This document shows, piece by piece, positions 1 to 12,125 of a stretch of DNA of 64,000 nucleotides. Made by a program: the position numbers and the translations under genes. The stretch comes from Octopus bimaculoides (taxonomy: Eukaryota), in contig NC_068994.1 in assembly GCF_001194135.2 (NCBI RefSeq), positions 51,863,969 to 51,927,968 of the forward strand, written 5' to 3'. The notes below the pieces were generated by a model that made no database searches, was not told the DNA's origin, and saw only the letters and a program-made list of their open reading frames with translations. Each line of letters starts with the position of its first letter. Position 1 is the stretch's first letter.

Positions 1-325
1 GATGGGTGTGGATGAACGATTAACTGGAATTATTATATAGTATTTATTCTTCTTCTAATCTTGTAATGTCAATTGAATCTACTTTTGTTATTTATCTTCC
101 CAGGGACGATAAAATAAAGTACTAGTCGAGTACTAGGGAATCGATAAAAAAATTATTTCGTTCTTCGCTCTAAAGCAATTGTTCTCAACCGTGGTCCTTA
201 TAATCTCTGACGGTCCATGTAAGATTTTTATTATTCCTTGGCGGTCGGAGTGACCAGGATGTGTGGGCTTCCTCGGTTGTCCCTGAGAGGAACTCCCTTC
301 CTCCTCCTTGGGAGTTTTCATTGTT

Positions 326-480
326 CTGGCAGAATCGTTAGCACGCCGGACGAAATACTTCGTCTGTCGCTGCGTTCCGAGTTCAAATTTCGCCGAGGTC
401 GACTTCGCCTTTCATCCTTTCGGAGACGAGTAATCGACTAGTCCTCCCCTAAATTTCAGGCCTTGTACCTATAGTTGAAA
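326..480 (+). mobile_element. tRNA-derived SINE, family A (internally deleted)
   Basis: Box A-like TGGCAGAATCGTT, box B GAGTTCAAATT, family core GAGGTCGACTTCGCCTTTCATCCTTT; many more copies in the window. Confidence 0.85.
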
Positions 481-2370
481 TGATTATTTATTTTATACAC
501 GACATAGTACCAAACCCCACTTGTTCTTTGTGTTGTATTGTCCCTATTTGCTTTGTGTTCGGCCCTTGTGGCCAATAACAAAAACATTCTTTTGTAGTTT
601 AGTGTTTGCATATGCTTGTATATAGGTATAACCGTGTTGTATGTAAAAGCTACCTGTTGTAAGTCACAAACGAACACATTCATTCAATCTTGTTCACGCG
701 TTGATGACTCTATTCGTTTTGCAGGATTTTATATCATTTCGTCTTTAGTCACAACCACTTTCATATCATCCCGTGTCCTATTTTCTCTTTTCTTTTTTTC
801 TTTTTTGTAGCTGAGTTATTTTTTCAACCACTCCATTCTAAGTTACCGTGGTTTCGATAAACCATTTGAGTGTTGGTATCTACGTTTCTTTCTGCATTTC
901 TTCATTTATCCCCCCCTTCATATCGTTTACTTCTGCTTCAGGTTACCACTTAGCTGCTCAAGCAGATCACTGTCTTAAAAATTATTGTTTCTGGTTTTAA
1001 TAATTACAGTTGTTTATGGGGTGAAATGACTTCGTCCGTACGTATCTTATAAATAAATGCACCTCATAAACACACGTTTGGATTACAGGGCGGTGCAAAA
1101 ATAGGTGTACAATTATGAAAAAAGAAAACACGTACAATACTCATTTTTATCGAAAAAATTGAAAGTTACCATAAAAGTATTATAGTTAGGATATATGTAT
1201 TATGATTAATAACACTGAAAATATTAAAAAAAACAATGAGGCTAACTCATTTAATGTGCTAATAATTTTAATGAATTATTATAACATTGATGTGGTACTG
1301 TATACCTACTTTTGCTTTATCTGTATACAAATAGAATGGTGCTCGAAACAATTGTTCATCAGACTCCTCCTCTTTGAACGAATATACATTGTGTCTGTCC
1401 ATCTTGGCAATCTAGTTATCATTGCATATGCAATTATATTCTGAGGAGGAAAAAAAAGATGAAAGCAGCCATTAAATGTTATTGACAGAAGATAAGGCAC
1501 AGCTAATTAAGATCCACAATTCATCAATACTACTGAAAGATATAGAGATCCAAGTAACTGGTAATATTTGAGGAAAATAGGGCAAGATGGTAGATTGATT
1601 AGAAGAATTAAACAATCTTGTCTTTATTCCTATTCAATTCAGGCCTAGAATTACTGTCGATAGTGGTCGGGGTGTGGTTTTTTTGGCATTCACCCTTCCT
1701 AAGTTAAAATTAATACCGAGATCAATTCACTTACATATGATGTATATAGGTAATTTTCTTCAGTTGACAGTAGCTTTGCAAAATTTTATGAGCATGTAAG
1801 AAATTATTAGAGGTAAAACAAATCTCTCTATATCTTGTGTGTGTGTGTGTACTTATAAGATGTTGAGGATTTCTCTATACCAGTGGTTTTTCAACTTTTT
1901 TTAATATCCATATATATATAATATTATGTGGGTACGTTCATGCATTGTAAACTCACAGACAGGCACACTTATGTATACTTATAGATGCTGCTAATGAAAT
2001 TTTATGACATAATGCTTAGCAGCATTTCATCCTTTATATTCTGAGTTCAAATTCTGCTGAGGTTGACTTTCCCTTTCATCCTTTCGGGCTCAGTAAAATG
2101 AGTACTCGTAGAGCTCTGGGGTCAATGTAATAAACTGACCCTTCTCCCCCAAAAGTGCTGGCCTTGTGCCAAAATTTGACACTAGTATTTTCTTATAGAG
2201 AAATATGACATTTCTGTATCAGATATTGCTGACAATCATTCTCCTTTCACAACAGACACTTTTTTTTTTCTTTTTTTTATCTATTTGTGATATCTTTGCT
2301 TCTGATAAATAGATTAGTTACATTAATAATACAATGATTTCTAACATAGGCACAAGGTCACTTTTTTCTT

Positions 2371-2406
<36 letters not shown>

Positions 2407-2888
2407 AAAATGGTATAACCAATTAAATTGAACCAGTATTTGACTGATGCTTTTATTTTTAATAACTTCCTTACCTCCTCTGAAAGGAAGCATAAAAATA
2501 AAAATTAATGGCTATTCATACTTTAAAATTTAACTGGAATTTAGCACATTTTTCTCACAAAGCATAAAACTGAAATAAACTATTGTTTGTTTTTATTTCT
2601 TATATTTAACATTGGTACAGAAGTACAAATATGTAGGGTAGGAATTGTAACCGATGAATTAACGTTAGTATATTACTGGTACTTTATATGGTGACTCTAC
2701 AGCAAAGGGTCTCAACTGGGGTCCATACGACCCTTGGAGGTCCACATAAAATTTTGTTATTAAAATTTATCTGCAATAAATTGGTTATACTTTTACAATA
2801 CACAATATTGAAAAATATCTAATAAAGTGGATGCATAAATGACCTTGTTGAAGTCAGTCTCATACTCGATGTTTATGAAGTTCTGCAC

Positions 2889-3245
2889 ATCATCATTTAA
2901 CGTCCGTTTTCCATGCTGGCATGGGTTGGACGGTTTGACTGAGGTCTGGAAAGCCAGTGGCTGCACCAGGCTCCAATCTGATCTGGCAAGGTTTCTACAG
3001 CTGGATGCCCTTCCTAATGCCAACCACTCCAAGAGTGTAGTGGGTGCTTTTTACATGCCACTGGCACAGAAGCCAGTCATGGGGCACTGGTATCAATTAC
3101 ATCCAGATAGTGCTTTTTATGTGCCACCGGAACACAAGCCAGTCATGGGGCACTTGCATCGATCATGTTCGGATAGTGCTTTTTACATGCTACCGGTATG
3201 GAAGCCAGTCAGGGGGTACTGGCATCGGCCATGTTCAGATGGCAG
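2889..3245 (-). mobile_element. 5'-truncated RTE LINE 3'UTR (with internal tandem units)
   Basis: (atc)n tail, TTTAACGTCCG..CCATGCT.GCATGGGTTGGACG, CTGGATGCCCTTCCTAA; same sequence is attached to RTE ORF2 at 44397-45130. Confidence 0.8.
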
Positions 3246-4303
3246 TGCCCCCCCTTCCCATTAGTCTTGCAGTGAATAATTATACACTTTTTACTACAGG
3301 TTATGGACGCACAACACTGCTCTTACAATGCCAGGGTTTCTTTAACCTCTAGAGTGAGAACTACTATACATTGAAGTGTGCAGTGTGGTCCCGCGATGGG
3401 GTAGAAGTTGAAACACTGTCTGTAATGAATCTGTTGACCATATCAGATCACTCAATAAACCACTATTGTGATAAATGTGTTGGATTATTTCTGACTTTGG
3501 GCTAAGCAACATACACTGAACCTGTTTAATTCCGACCCTTGCTAATATTCCTTCTTTTCAGTTGTCTTTTGCTATATAATAACAATAACCACTGCCTTAA
3601 CTTTGAGATCTTTTGCTTCTTGAACCACCAACAAACTCTAATTGCAGATAGACATGTATATTGTTGGTGGTGGTAACCACAGTTACATCTCTCCTGACTC
3701 TCTTGTTGATGTAGATCATCCATAATCTATATATGGAATTTTTAATTTGTTTTTTACTTTAGATAGTTAAGTCCATAAGTCAGTGAAATGATAAGTTGTA
3801 ACACTAGTGGATAAATGTCTGTAATCTGATAACAGTTCATTGGTAAGTAGGTTATACTAATGTAGAGTTTAGTGTCTTCAGTTAGTTATTGTGTCTGTGT
3901 GTAAAAGTATGTGTGGTGTTGTGTTATTTCATGTATTTTCTTGGTTTCAAGCTTCTTGTCTGTAAACATGGATGCCTGCAGCAGTCAATGTATGAAGGTG
4001 AATGTGTGTATGGGTATGTGTGTGTGTGTGTAAATTGTGTAAGGCAGCTGCTATCTCTGTGTGTTATCATTTACCTATGAACCCTCTCGATCCTTTCAGT
4101 GTTGAATGAAAGGGAAAAACTAGGTTAATGTAGAAATGAGCTGAATTTTTAGTTTAGGTTGTAGTGATAGAAGTATTTTCATGAGATGGACTTTTTAATA
4201 GCATTGTAAACTTCCAGATAGCTGTATATCTTTGTAGAAGAATCAATACATTTTTGATGACATTTTCCCAGTCATTCTTCTTAAAATACAAACCAGATTG
4301 GAA

Positions 4304-4480
4304 GGTGGTGAGCTGGAAGAAATGTTAGCACGCTGGGCGAAATGCTTTGCAGTATTTTGTCTGTCTTTACGTTCTGAGTTCAAATTCCACCAAAGTCAAC
4401 TTTAACTTTCATCCTTTTGGGGTCGATAAATTAAGTACCAGCTGCATACTGGGATCGATCTAATTGATTGCTACCCACTC
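4304..4480 (+). mobile_element. tRNA-derived SINE, family A
   Basis: GGTGGTGAGCTGG..GTTAGCAC..GAGTTCAAATTCC..CTTTCATCCTTTTGGGGTCGATAAATTAAGTACCAG; ends at gap. Confidence 0.85.
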
Positions 4481-5147
4481 NNNNNNNNNNNNNNNNNNNN
4501 NNNNNNNNNNNNNNNNNNNNNNNNNNNNNNNNNNNNNNNNNNNNNNNNNNNNNNNNNNNNNNNNNNNNNNNNNNNNNNNNNNNNNNNNNNNNNNNNNNNN
4601 NNNNNNNNNNNNNNNNNNNNNNNNNNNNNNNNNNNNNNNNNNNNNNNNNNNNNNNNNNNNNNNNNNNNNNNNNNNNNNNNNNNNNNNNNNNNNNNNNNNN
4701 NNNNNNNNNNNNNNNNNNNNNNNNNNNNNNNNNNNNNNNNNNNNNNNNNNNNNNNNNNNNNNNNNNNNNNNNNNNNNNNNNNNNNNNNNNNNNNNNNNNN
4801 NNNNNNNNNNNNNNNNNNNNNNNNNNNNNNNNNNNNNNNNNNNNNNNNNNNNNNNNNNNNNNNNNNNNNNNNNNNNNNNNNNNNNNNNNNNNNNNNNNNN
4901 NNNNNNNNNNNNNNNNNNNNNNNNNNNNNNNNNNNNNNNNNNNNNNNNNNNNNNNNNNNNNNNNNNNNNNNNNNNNNNNNNNNNNNNNNNNNNNNNNNNN
5001 NNNNNNNNNNNNNNNNNNNNNNNNNNNNNNNNNNNNNNNNNNNNNNNNNNNNNNNNNNNNNNNNNNNNNNNNNNNNNTGTTTGATAAGAAATTTAATGAA
5101 AATACTTAACAAAATTGATAAAGAACAATAAAAATTGAGTTATATAA

Positions 5148-5352
5148 TATTCTCTTCTACTCTAAGCACAAGGCCCAAAATTTTTGGGGAGGTGGCCAGT
5201 CGATTAGATCGACCCCAGTAAGCAACTGGCACTTAATTTATTGACCCTGAAAGGATGAAAGGCAAAGTTGACCTCGGCAGAATTTGAACTCAGAATGAAA
5301 TACCACTCAGCATTTTACCTGGCATGCTAACGATTCTGCCAGCTCACTGCCC
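5148..5352 (-). mobile_element. tRNA-derived SINE, family A
   Basis: Reverse complement of the family A consensus just upstream of the SUCLG1 acceptor. Confidence 0.85.
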
Positions 5353-5412
5353 TAGAAATGAAAGTATTATGTGTCTTGAAAGCTAATCTCAATCAATTCT
5401 TGTTTGTTTCAG

Positions 5413-5537
5413 TTCCCAAAAATGTCGGGATCCCGCAGTGCTTCAATTCAGTCCGAACAAACTACACTGGTACTCGTCCCCACTTAATGATTGGTAAAGA
5501 CACTAAATTGATCTGTCAGGGTTTAACTGGAAAACAG
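5413..5537 (+). CDS. SUCLG1: SUCLG1 exon (first visible; end of presequence, start of CoA-binding domain)
   Basis: tttcag|TT...AAACAG|gtaata; [41 protein letters not shown]. Confidence 0.9.
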
Positions 5538-7219
5538 GTAATATTTCATTTTACTTTTCACTTTTTTCAAAAATTCTTATATAAGTCCCTTTCTGTTTTT
5601 TTTATCTATTCTGTCTTTTTTTTTTTTTCTTCATTGTAATAGCTTTATTTACTTATGTACACATCATTGCAAATGTTGACAATATAAGCCAACAATTAAA
5701 ACTTTATTTACATGAAGACTCACATCAAGGACACATTTGATTATGTAGTTCTTGATGTAAGAATAAAAAATGGGATCATAGCAGCTGGGACACATTCTAC
5801 GATAGGTCTGCAGAATCAGGGATGACCTAATAGGTGGGAGTGAACAAATGCAGTTGTCGGGTCCACTCAATACCACATCGTTGGAAATGCAATCTAATAC
5901 ATAATCTATTTACAGTGAATTGACAGTCATTAGAGCACAGGACAAACGACTTGTATTTTTTTTCCAAGGTCAATTTTTCCATCCATCCTTTTTGGTCCGA
6001 CAGAATTACCATATTTTAACATGTATAAGGAACCACCTAATTTTGGGGGCTTAAAATTTAGGAAAAGGGTTTTGCAAGGGATTATAATACTATCCATGTA
6101 TAAGAAAAACCCCCATATTTTTTTAACCTAATTCTTGACAAAAAGGGTTTCTTATACACGTTAAAATACAGTGAGTACCAATCAAGGGAAATGGTTTCCT
6201 AGAATTATCAGGGCATCAGACAAGGTGCTTTTTGGTATTTGTTGCAGCTTTTTGATCTCTGAGCATAATGTTGTCTTTTCCTCAACACAGCTCTTAAATT
6301 TTTTGTGCTCACTACATATGTTAAAACTAATTTATCAATTATTTTCACGCAGATGGCGTTCCTAAATTCCTTTTTATCTCAAATATGAATTTCAGTTATC
6401 TGTTGTCCTCTAACCTTATTTTTGTTGAACTGTAGGCCTACATGTTTTACTCCTCTTTTACAGGGTACGTTCCACAGTGAACAATGCATTAGTTATGGAA
6501 CACAAATGGTGGGAGGTGTGTCACCTGCTAAAGCTGGCACCACACATCTAGGTTTACCTGTATTTGCTTCTGTCAAAGAGGTGAGTATAACGGATTAAAC
6601 TCAGTTTGATGTCTCTATTTTATTTATTGTGATGTAGGCACGGAATTTATTTTATCCTCTCTTGCACAAGATGAGAGATGGTAGAGAGATCCTTCCCAAG
6701 TGATATAGGCTCATAGGGCCAGTTTCCATGGCACATATACTCCCCACTGGATGGAATGCCAGTCTGCTGCAGGGTTACTGATTTTTGCCAGCTGAGTGGA
6801 CTGGAGCAACATGAAATAAACTGTTTTGCTCAAGAACATAATGTGTTGCTCTGTCCTGGAATCGAAACCATAATCTTACGATCATGACTCTAACACTCTA
6901 ACCACTAAGCCATGTGCCTCCTACACAAAGTAAAGACATAAGCTATACTTCTCTGTCAATATGGCTGGCAGCAGAACCTTCATTTATGCCCAATAATGTC
7001 ATTTCAGAAAATGCATAGCTGTGATGAGCGAGATGCAGTGGCTTGATGATTAAGAGGTTTTGTAATAATTTAATCAGGAAAGGAGATGCAAGATACCTAT
7101 ACACATTACAAACCTGTCCTGACCTATGCACTTCATAGACCTTACCATAGTAAGATTGGTATTATAAGTGCTCAGCCTAAATACATGCAGCTCTCTGTCT
7201 ATGTAACTAGAGAGTGACT

Positions 7220-7255
<36 letters not shown>

Positions 7256-10200
7256 GCTCGTTGTATTGCAATCCGACCTGCTCCTGGGTCAGATATGCAT
7301 TTCTGTTGTGAAAGGTGTCAGTTTCTCAACCATTCTTCCCTGAGATGTCTTGAATGAATCCATAATAAGATTATAATATTTCTCCTCATTTGTATGATCT
7401 TTTGGACATAAGATTGTTTTCAGTAAAATTTTTTGCTTGGAATCCAGTGAGAAACTTTACTTGTACTGTGTACACATTTAGGAATTTAAAGACCTGATAA
7501 CAATGAGAGATCAGATTGAAAACAATCTCCTCTGTCCAAAGATTCTAAATTTAACAACTTTTCTTCCTTCTGTCTTTATTCCCTGTGTATTGCAGGCCGT
7601 AAACAAGACGGGAGCAAACGCTACTGTGATATTCGTACCGCCTCCAGCGGCAGCTAAAGCTATAGATGAAGCTATCGATGCAGAAATTCCTCTGGTTGTG
7701 TGCATTACTGAAGGAATTCCACAGCAAGACATGGTGAAGGTGAAGCACAAACTAGTCCGACAGAGCAAGACCAGGTTAATTGGTCCAAACTGTCCTGGAA
7801 TTATCAAGGTAAGTACTGAGCCAGTGCTGAAGGAAAGCTTTCTTTGTTGCATAATTTCCTTTTACTTATGTTATACAATGAGTTTTTATTATCACTGATG
7901 AGAGATTAGGGCAGTGAGCTGGCAGGATCATCAGTGCGTCAAACAAAATTCTTTAAGACATTTCTTCCGGCTCTTTACATGCTAAGTTCAAATTATGCCG
8001 AGGTCAAATTTACCTTTCATCCTTTCAGGGTCGATAAAATAAGTACCAGTTAAGTACGGGAAGAAATCCATGTATCTGACTAGCTCCTTCCTCCAAAATT
8101 TCAGGCCTTGTGCCTTTGGGGGAAGAAATTATTATTACTGATGAAATTTGAAGTAATAAATGCCTTTCTATATATGTTCCAGTGTAGTTCTTTACTCTCT
8201 GAGATCAAATTCTGACATTGTCAACTTTACCTTTCATCCTTTTGGAGCCAACAAAGTACCAGTCATGTACTAGGGTTGATGTAATCAACTTGTCCCTCCA
8301 CTCAACATTTATGTAGTTTGCTACCCATGTTTGTTACATTTCTTGTTTCTTTACATTCTGAGTTCAAATCCTACTGACATCTGCTATGCTTTTCATCGCT
8401 TTGGGGTTGTTAAAATAAAGTACCAGTCAAGAACTGAACTCAGTATAATTGACCCCCTCCCCTTAAATTCACTTGCCTTGTGTCAAAACTTTAAATCATT
8501 ATTTATTTATTTATTTATTTGAAAGCCTGGAGAATGTAAAATTGGTATTATGCCAGGACATATTCACCAACAAGGTAACATTGGTAAGTATATCGCCCTT
8601 AACTATATTGGTGGGTGAAGGGAAACTACAACAATAATTTAAATTGCTGTACATTTAAGCTACACTAGATGTTTGCACTTCAAATTTGAAGAACAGTATA
8701 ATGTTGCAACAATATCGCTGCCATTTTTCTTTTTATTGCATCATGCATCAAAAGTGGCATAAATAGTTATAGTATCATTATATTAATGTAGATAGTCATC
8801 TTGGTAAAAAAATACTCTTGTGACACATGTATTGTGCCAAGTGATATTTGGATGGCAGTAGTTATTTTTAGCACCAGCTCAGTCCTGATCAAACATACTT
8901 AAAAATATACTTCAGGCATACTAGTATTTCATTTGTTTTATTTCTTTTTTCTTTTTTTTTTCTCAAGAATAATAATATTTCAAGGAATAATTTTACTTGT
9001 TTTGCTTTACTTTTTAAAGGGACTATGTTTCTTAATCATATGGTTTTGTGTTCTATATTCAGTTTGTCATTGCCTTGAGTTGGCCCAAGACCTGAAAAAT
9101 GTAAAGACATGCTCTACATGTTCTTGAGTGACAGACTTAATCCACTGCTCAGTTTAACACCACCACCTGGTCTCTTGTATACATTTGGCCGGGTCTGTTC
9201 ACTCTGTTGGAATCATTTAGGTTGGCTCTCTGGTTTGATAATAACTCATCCATTAGGTTGTAGTTTATTACCCATTCTTCCTTGCACATGGGTGCTGCTC
9301 TGTCCTCTTTGATAATTCAGTCATGGACAAACTGTGATAGAGACTACCATCCTATCTAAGAAAAATATTTTTCTCTTTCATGCAATGGAATTGGTGCTAA
9401 ACACTGGCCTTCAAAGGCTTTTGAGTGTTTTGGAGATATTTGCATATTGGCTTTAGTTATAGTTAATTACTTGCAAGTATGATAAATTGTCAGATTTCCT
9501 AATGAATAGATTGAGAAAAACTGATCGATGAATTCAGCATTCCCATCTAATTTTCTGTATGTTTCTTTCTTTATTTTTTCCTCCTTTATGAAACACTGCT
9601 ACTATCAAGGAATTGTTTCACGTTCCGGCACTCTAACATACGAAGCTGTGCATCAGACAACTGCTGTAGGCCTTGGACAGACATTGTGTGTTGGTATTGG
9701 AGGGGATCCTTTCAACGGAACAGATTTCATTGATTGTTTGGAAGTCTTCATCCAAGACCCTAACACAAAAGGTAAAAATTATTTGGTAATGTTTCTCTTC
9801 TGACGGTAACAGAAACACCAGACTCTATACCCTTGCAGCATTTCATTTATCATCATCATCATCATCGTTTAACGTCCACCTTCCATACTAGCATGATCTG
9901 CTGGGATTTGATCTGAGAATGTTAGGTGGGTGGTCTTGAGATCAGATGACAAAGGATAGAAGAGAATGAGGGATATGTGGTACAACTGATGACTTTTTCC
10001 AAACTGTGAGAATGGTAGTATTTCGTTTCTTCTATAAATTTAGTCTCAGTATAAATGGCTGTATGCATGATGCTTTTGCAGGCCCTTGAAGACTGATGAG
10101 AGAAAGGAGGAAGAAACTACTAATACATCTCTTGTAAAAATTTGTCTTAATAATACATTTAAGAAATCATTGTGTAAATGTACTTCATTTGTTGGGTTTT

Positions 10201-11787
10201 GTTTTATCAATTTCAGGAATTGTTCTGATTGGTGAGATTGGTGGCCAGGCTGAGGAAAATGCTGCTGAATATTTAAAGGAACACAATAAGGTGAGCCTGT
10301 TTATATTGGAAATGAATATCTTGCCATATTTTCTTTCTTGTTAAGTAAAGTGATTGCTTAGTTAATGAGGCACCAGCAAATAACCATCCAAAAGGTTGAC
10401 TAAATTCGACGACTGGCACCTATGCCAACATCTCCTTCATTGGACACTAAACTCTGCTTGCGAAGACCTGTTGGAGCAAGTGAAAGCGAAATCGTGATGG
10501 CACGATTTGGTAGATGGAAACTGAAAGAAGCCTGTCATGTGTGTGATTTGGTGTCTGTTTGTTCCCCCTCCCCAGCCTATCACTTAACAATCAGTGTTGG
10601 TGTGTTATGTCCCCATGAATCAGCAGTTCAGCGACAGAGACCAATAGAATAAGTAATTGGTTTAAAAAAAAATAAGTCCCAGGGTTGATTTCTTCAACTA
10701 AAACCCTTTGAGACAGTGCTCCAGCATGGCCACATGCTGGTGGCAGCAGTTATGGTTCCTGTTGCTAGTGACAACAGTTACAGATATTGTTGCCAGCGAC
10801 AATGGTTGTAACAGTCTCTGTTGCTGGTAGCAACATTGTTAAAGCTTTGTTGCTAATTATGATTGTTTTAGATTTTGTTGCAAGACGCAACAGTGTATCT
10901 AACTGATATTACAGCTTCCACTGTACATCATCATCATCATCGTTTAACGTCCGCTTTCCATGCTAGCATGGGTTGGACGATTTGACTGAGGACTGGTGAA
11001 TATTTATATTCATGATTGTTCTCTGTTTTTTTTTTTTTTCAGGGTCCCAATGCAAAGCCTGTTGTGTCTTTTATTGCTGGCTTGACTGCTCCGCCTGGTC
11101 GACGTATGGGCCACGCTGGTGCCATTATTGCTGGCGGGAAGGGAGGTGCTAATGAGAAAATAGAAGCTTTACGGGAAGCTGGTGTTCATGTGACCGATTC
11201 TCCTGCTCAGATGGGTTCCACTATGGTTAAGGTAAGTGCAAAGTAGCACAACCATCACCATATTTTATCCTTTTATTTTTTAACCCTTTGGTGTTAACTG
11301 TTGTGCTTATTTGTTTACATTATTTTGAATTATTCAAGTTCAAGAGGGGTGGCCATATTTGCTTGTAACACATATTTATATACACAACAGGCCTCTTTGT
11401 TTTTGCCTATCAGATCCACTCACAAGGCTCTGGTCGACCTGAGGCTATAGTATGACACTTGCCCAAGGTGTCATGCAGTAGGGACCAAACCTAGAACCAT
11501 ATTGTTGGGAAGCAATCTTCTTACCACACAGCCACGCCTAGAAATTTTGCAATACTTTGTTACATCCCTTTATACTCATCAAATTTCTGTTGCAGAACTT
11601 TTTTTTTTCTTTTTCCTTTTCTCCGCATTTAACGAAATATATATCTGAACTATTTGAATCACTTTCATCCAAATTAACACACACACACACACATACACAC
11701 AGACAAACACACACATATATATAATTTATTTTCTTCAGTAATCTTTTGTTTGTATATTTATTGCAGGCCATGCAAATGCGTTCTTGA
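5413..11787 (+). CDS. SUCLG1: Succinate-CoA ligase [ADP/GDP-forming] subunit alpha, mitochondrial (spliced, 5'-partial)
   Basis: Exons 5413-5537, 6464-6580, 7596-7808, 8526-8583, 9610-9771, 10217-10290, 11043-11231 and 11767-11787 join in frame at AG/GT junctions. Motifs: CoA-binding [41 protein letters not shown], phosphohistidine loop GRRMGHAGA. The start-codon exon was not located. Confidence 0.96.
6009..6171. mobile_element. pogo/Tc2-like MITE
   Basis: Imperfect TIRs CCATATTTTAACATGTATAAG / CTTATACACGTTAAAATACAG. Confidence 0.6.
6464..6580 (+). CDS. SUCLG1: SUCLG1 exon
   Basis: ttacag|GGT...GAG|gtgagt; [39 protein letters not shown]. Confidence 0.95.
7596..7808 (+). CDS. SUCLG1: SUCLG1 exon
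   Basis: ttgcag|GCC...AAG|gtaagt; [17 protein letters not shown]...[11 protein letters not shown], 213 nt. Confidence 0.96.
8526..8583 (+). CDS. SUCLG1: SUCLG1 exon
   Basis: (ttta)n-gaaag|CCT...ATTG|gtaagt; [19 protein letters not shown]. Confidence 0.95.
9610..9771 (+). CDS. SUCLG1: SUCLG1 exon
   Basis: atcaag|GA...AAAG|gtaaaa; [53 protein letters not shown]. Confidence 0.95.
10217..10290 (+). CDS. SUCLG1: SUCLG1 exon
   Basis: tttcag|GA...AAG|gtgagc; [24 protein letters not shown]. Confidence 0.95.
10761..10891. repeat. Degenerate ~29-bp minisatellite of GTTGC-N5-GCAAC palindromes
   Basis: GTTGC starts at 10761, 10789, 10820, 10849 and 10877. Confidence 0.7.
11043..11231 (+). CDS. SUCLG1: SUCLG1 exon with phosphohistidine loop
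   Basis: tttcag|GGT...AAG|gtaagt; [35 protein letters not shown]. Confidence 0.96.
11767..11787 (+). CDS. SUCLG1: SUCLG1 terminal coding exon
   Basis: ttgcag|GCC ATG CAA ATG CGT TCT TGA (AMQMRS*), phase 0 matches the upstream exon. Confidence 0.8.
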   Translation, partial: AMQMRS

Positions 11788-12085
11788 AATACCAAATACA
11801 TGCCATCTTTTGCTGCCATTTGAATCATGTGCTGTCTCTATTGATGGGAGTGTGTAATTTCCAGCAGTGGTTAGCAGCTATCAGTGATCCAGCAAATTAA
11901 AATTTTTTTCCTATCCATCCTATCGTGGATCAGTGTTTTTCGTTTTGTTTTTTTAATACAAAATATTGATGATGATGATGATGGTGCTGTTTCTTTCTTT
12001 TTTTGTTTGTTTGTTAATTTAAACAATGTATTTTTTGTTTGTCCAATGATCACAATGAAGCTAAGGAGAGAATAACTGACACAAA

Positions 12086-12125
<40 letters not shown>

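Noticed and set aside
4464-5112. Long ORFs spanning N-runs (also at 12257-13031, 26153-27128, 44465-45169, 46628-47775, 53716-54815)
   Set aside because: Ns cannot encode stops, so these are artefacts of assembly gaps. Only the short real exon parts at 26147, 46651 and 53826 were kept.
10761-10891. Palindromic repeat with variable linkers superficially like a CRISPR array
   Set aside because: Eukaryotic intron, linkers only about 14 nt and mutually similar, repeats degenerate, no cas genes.
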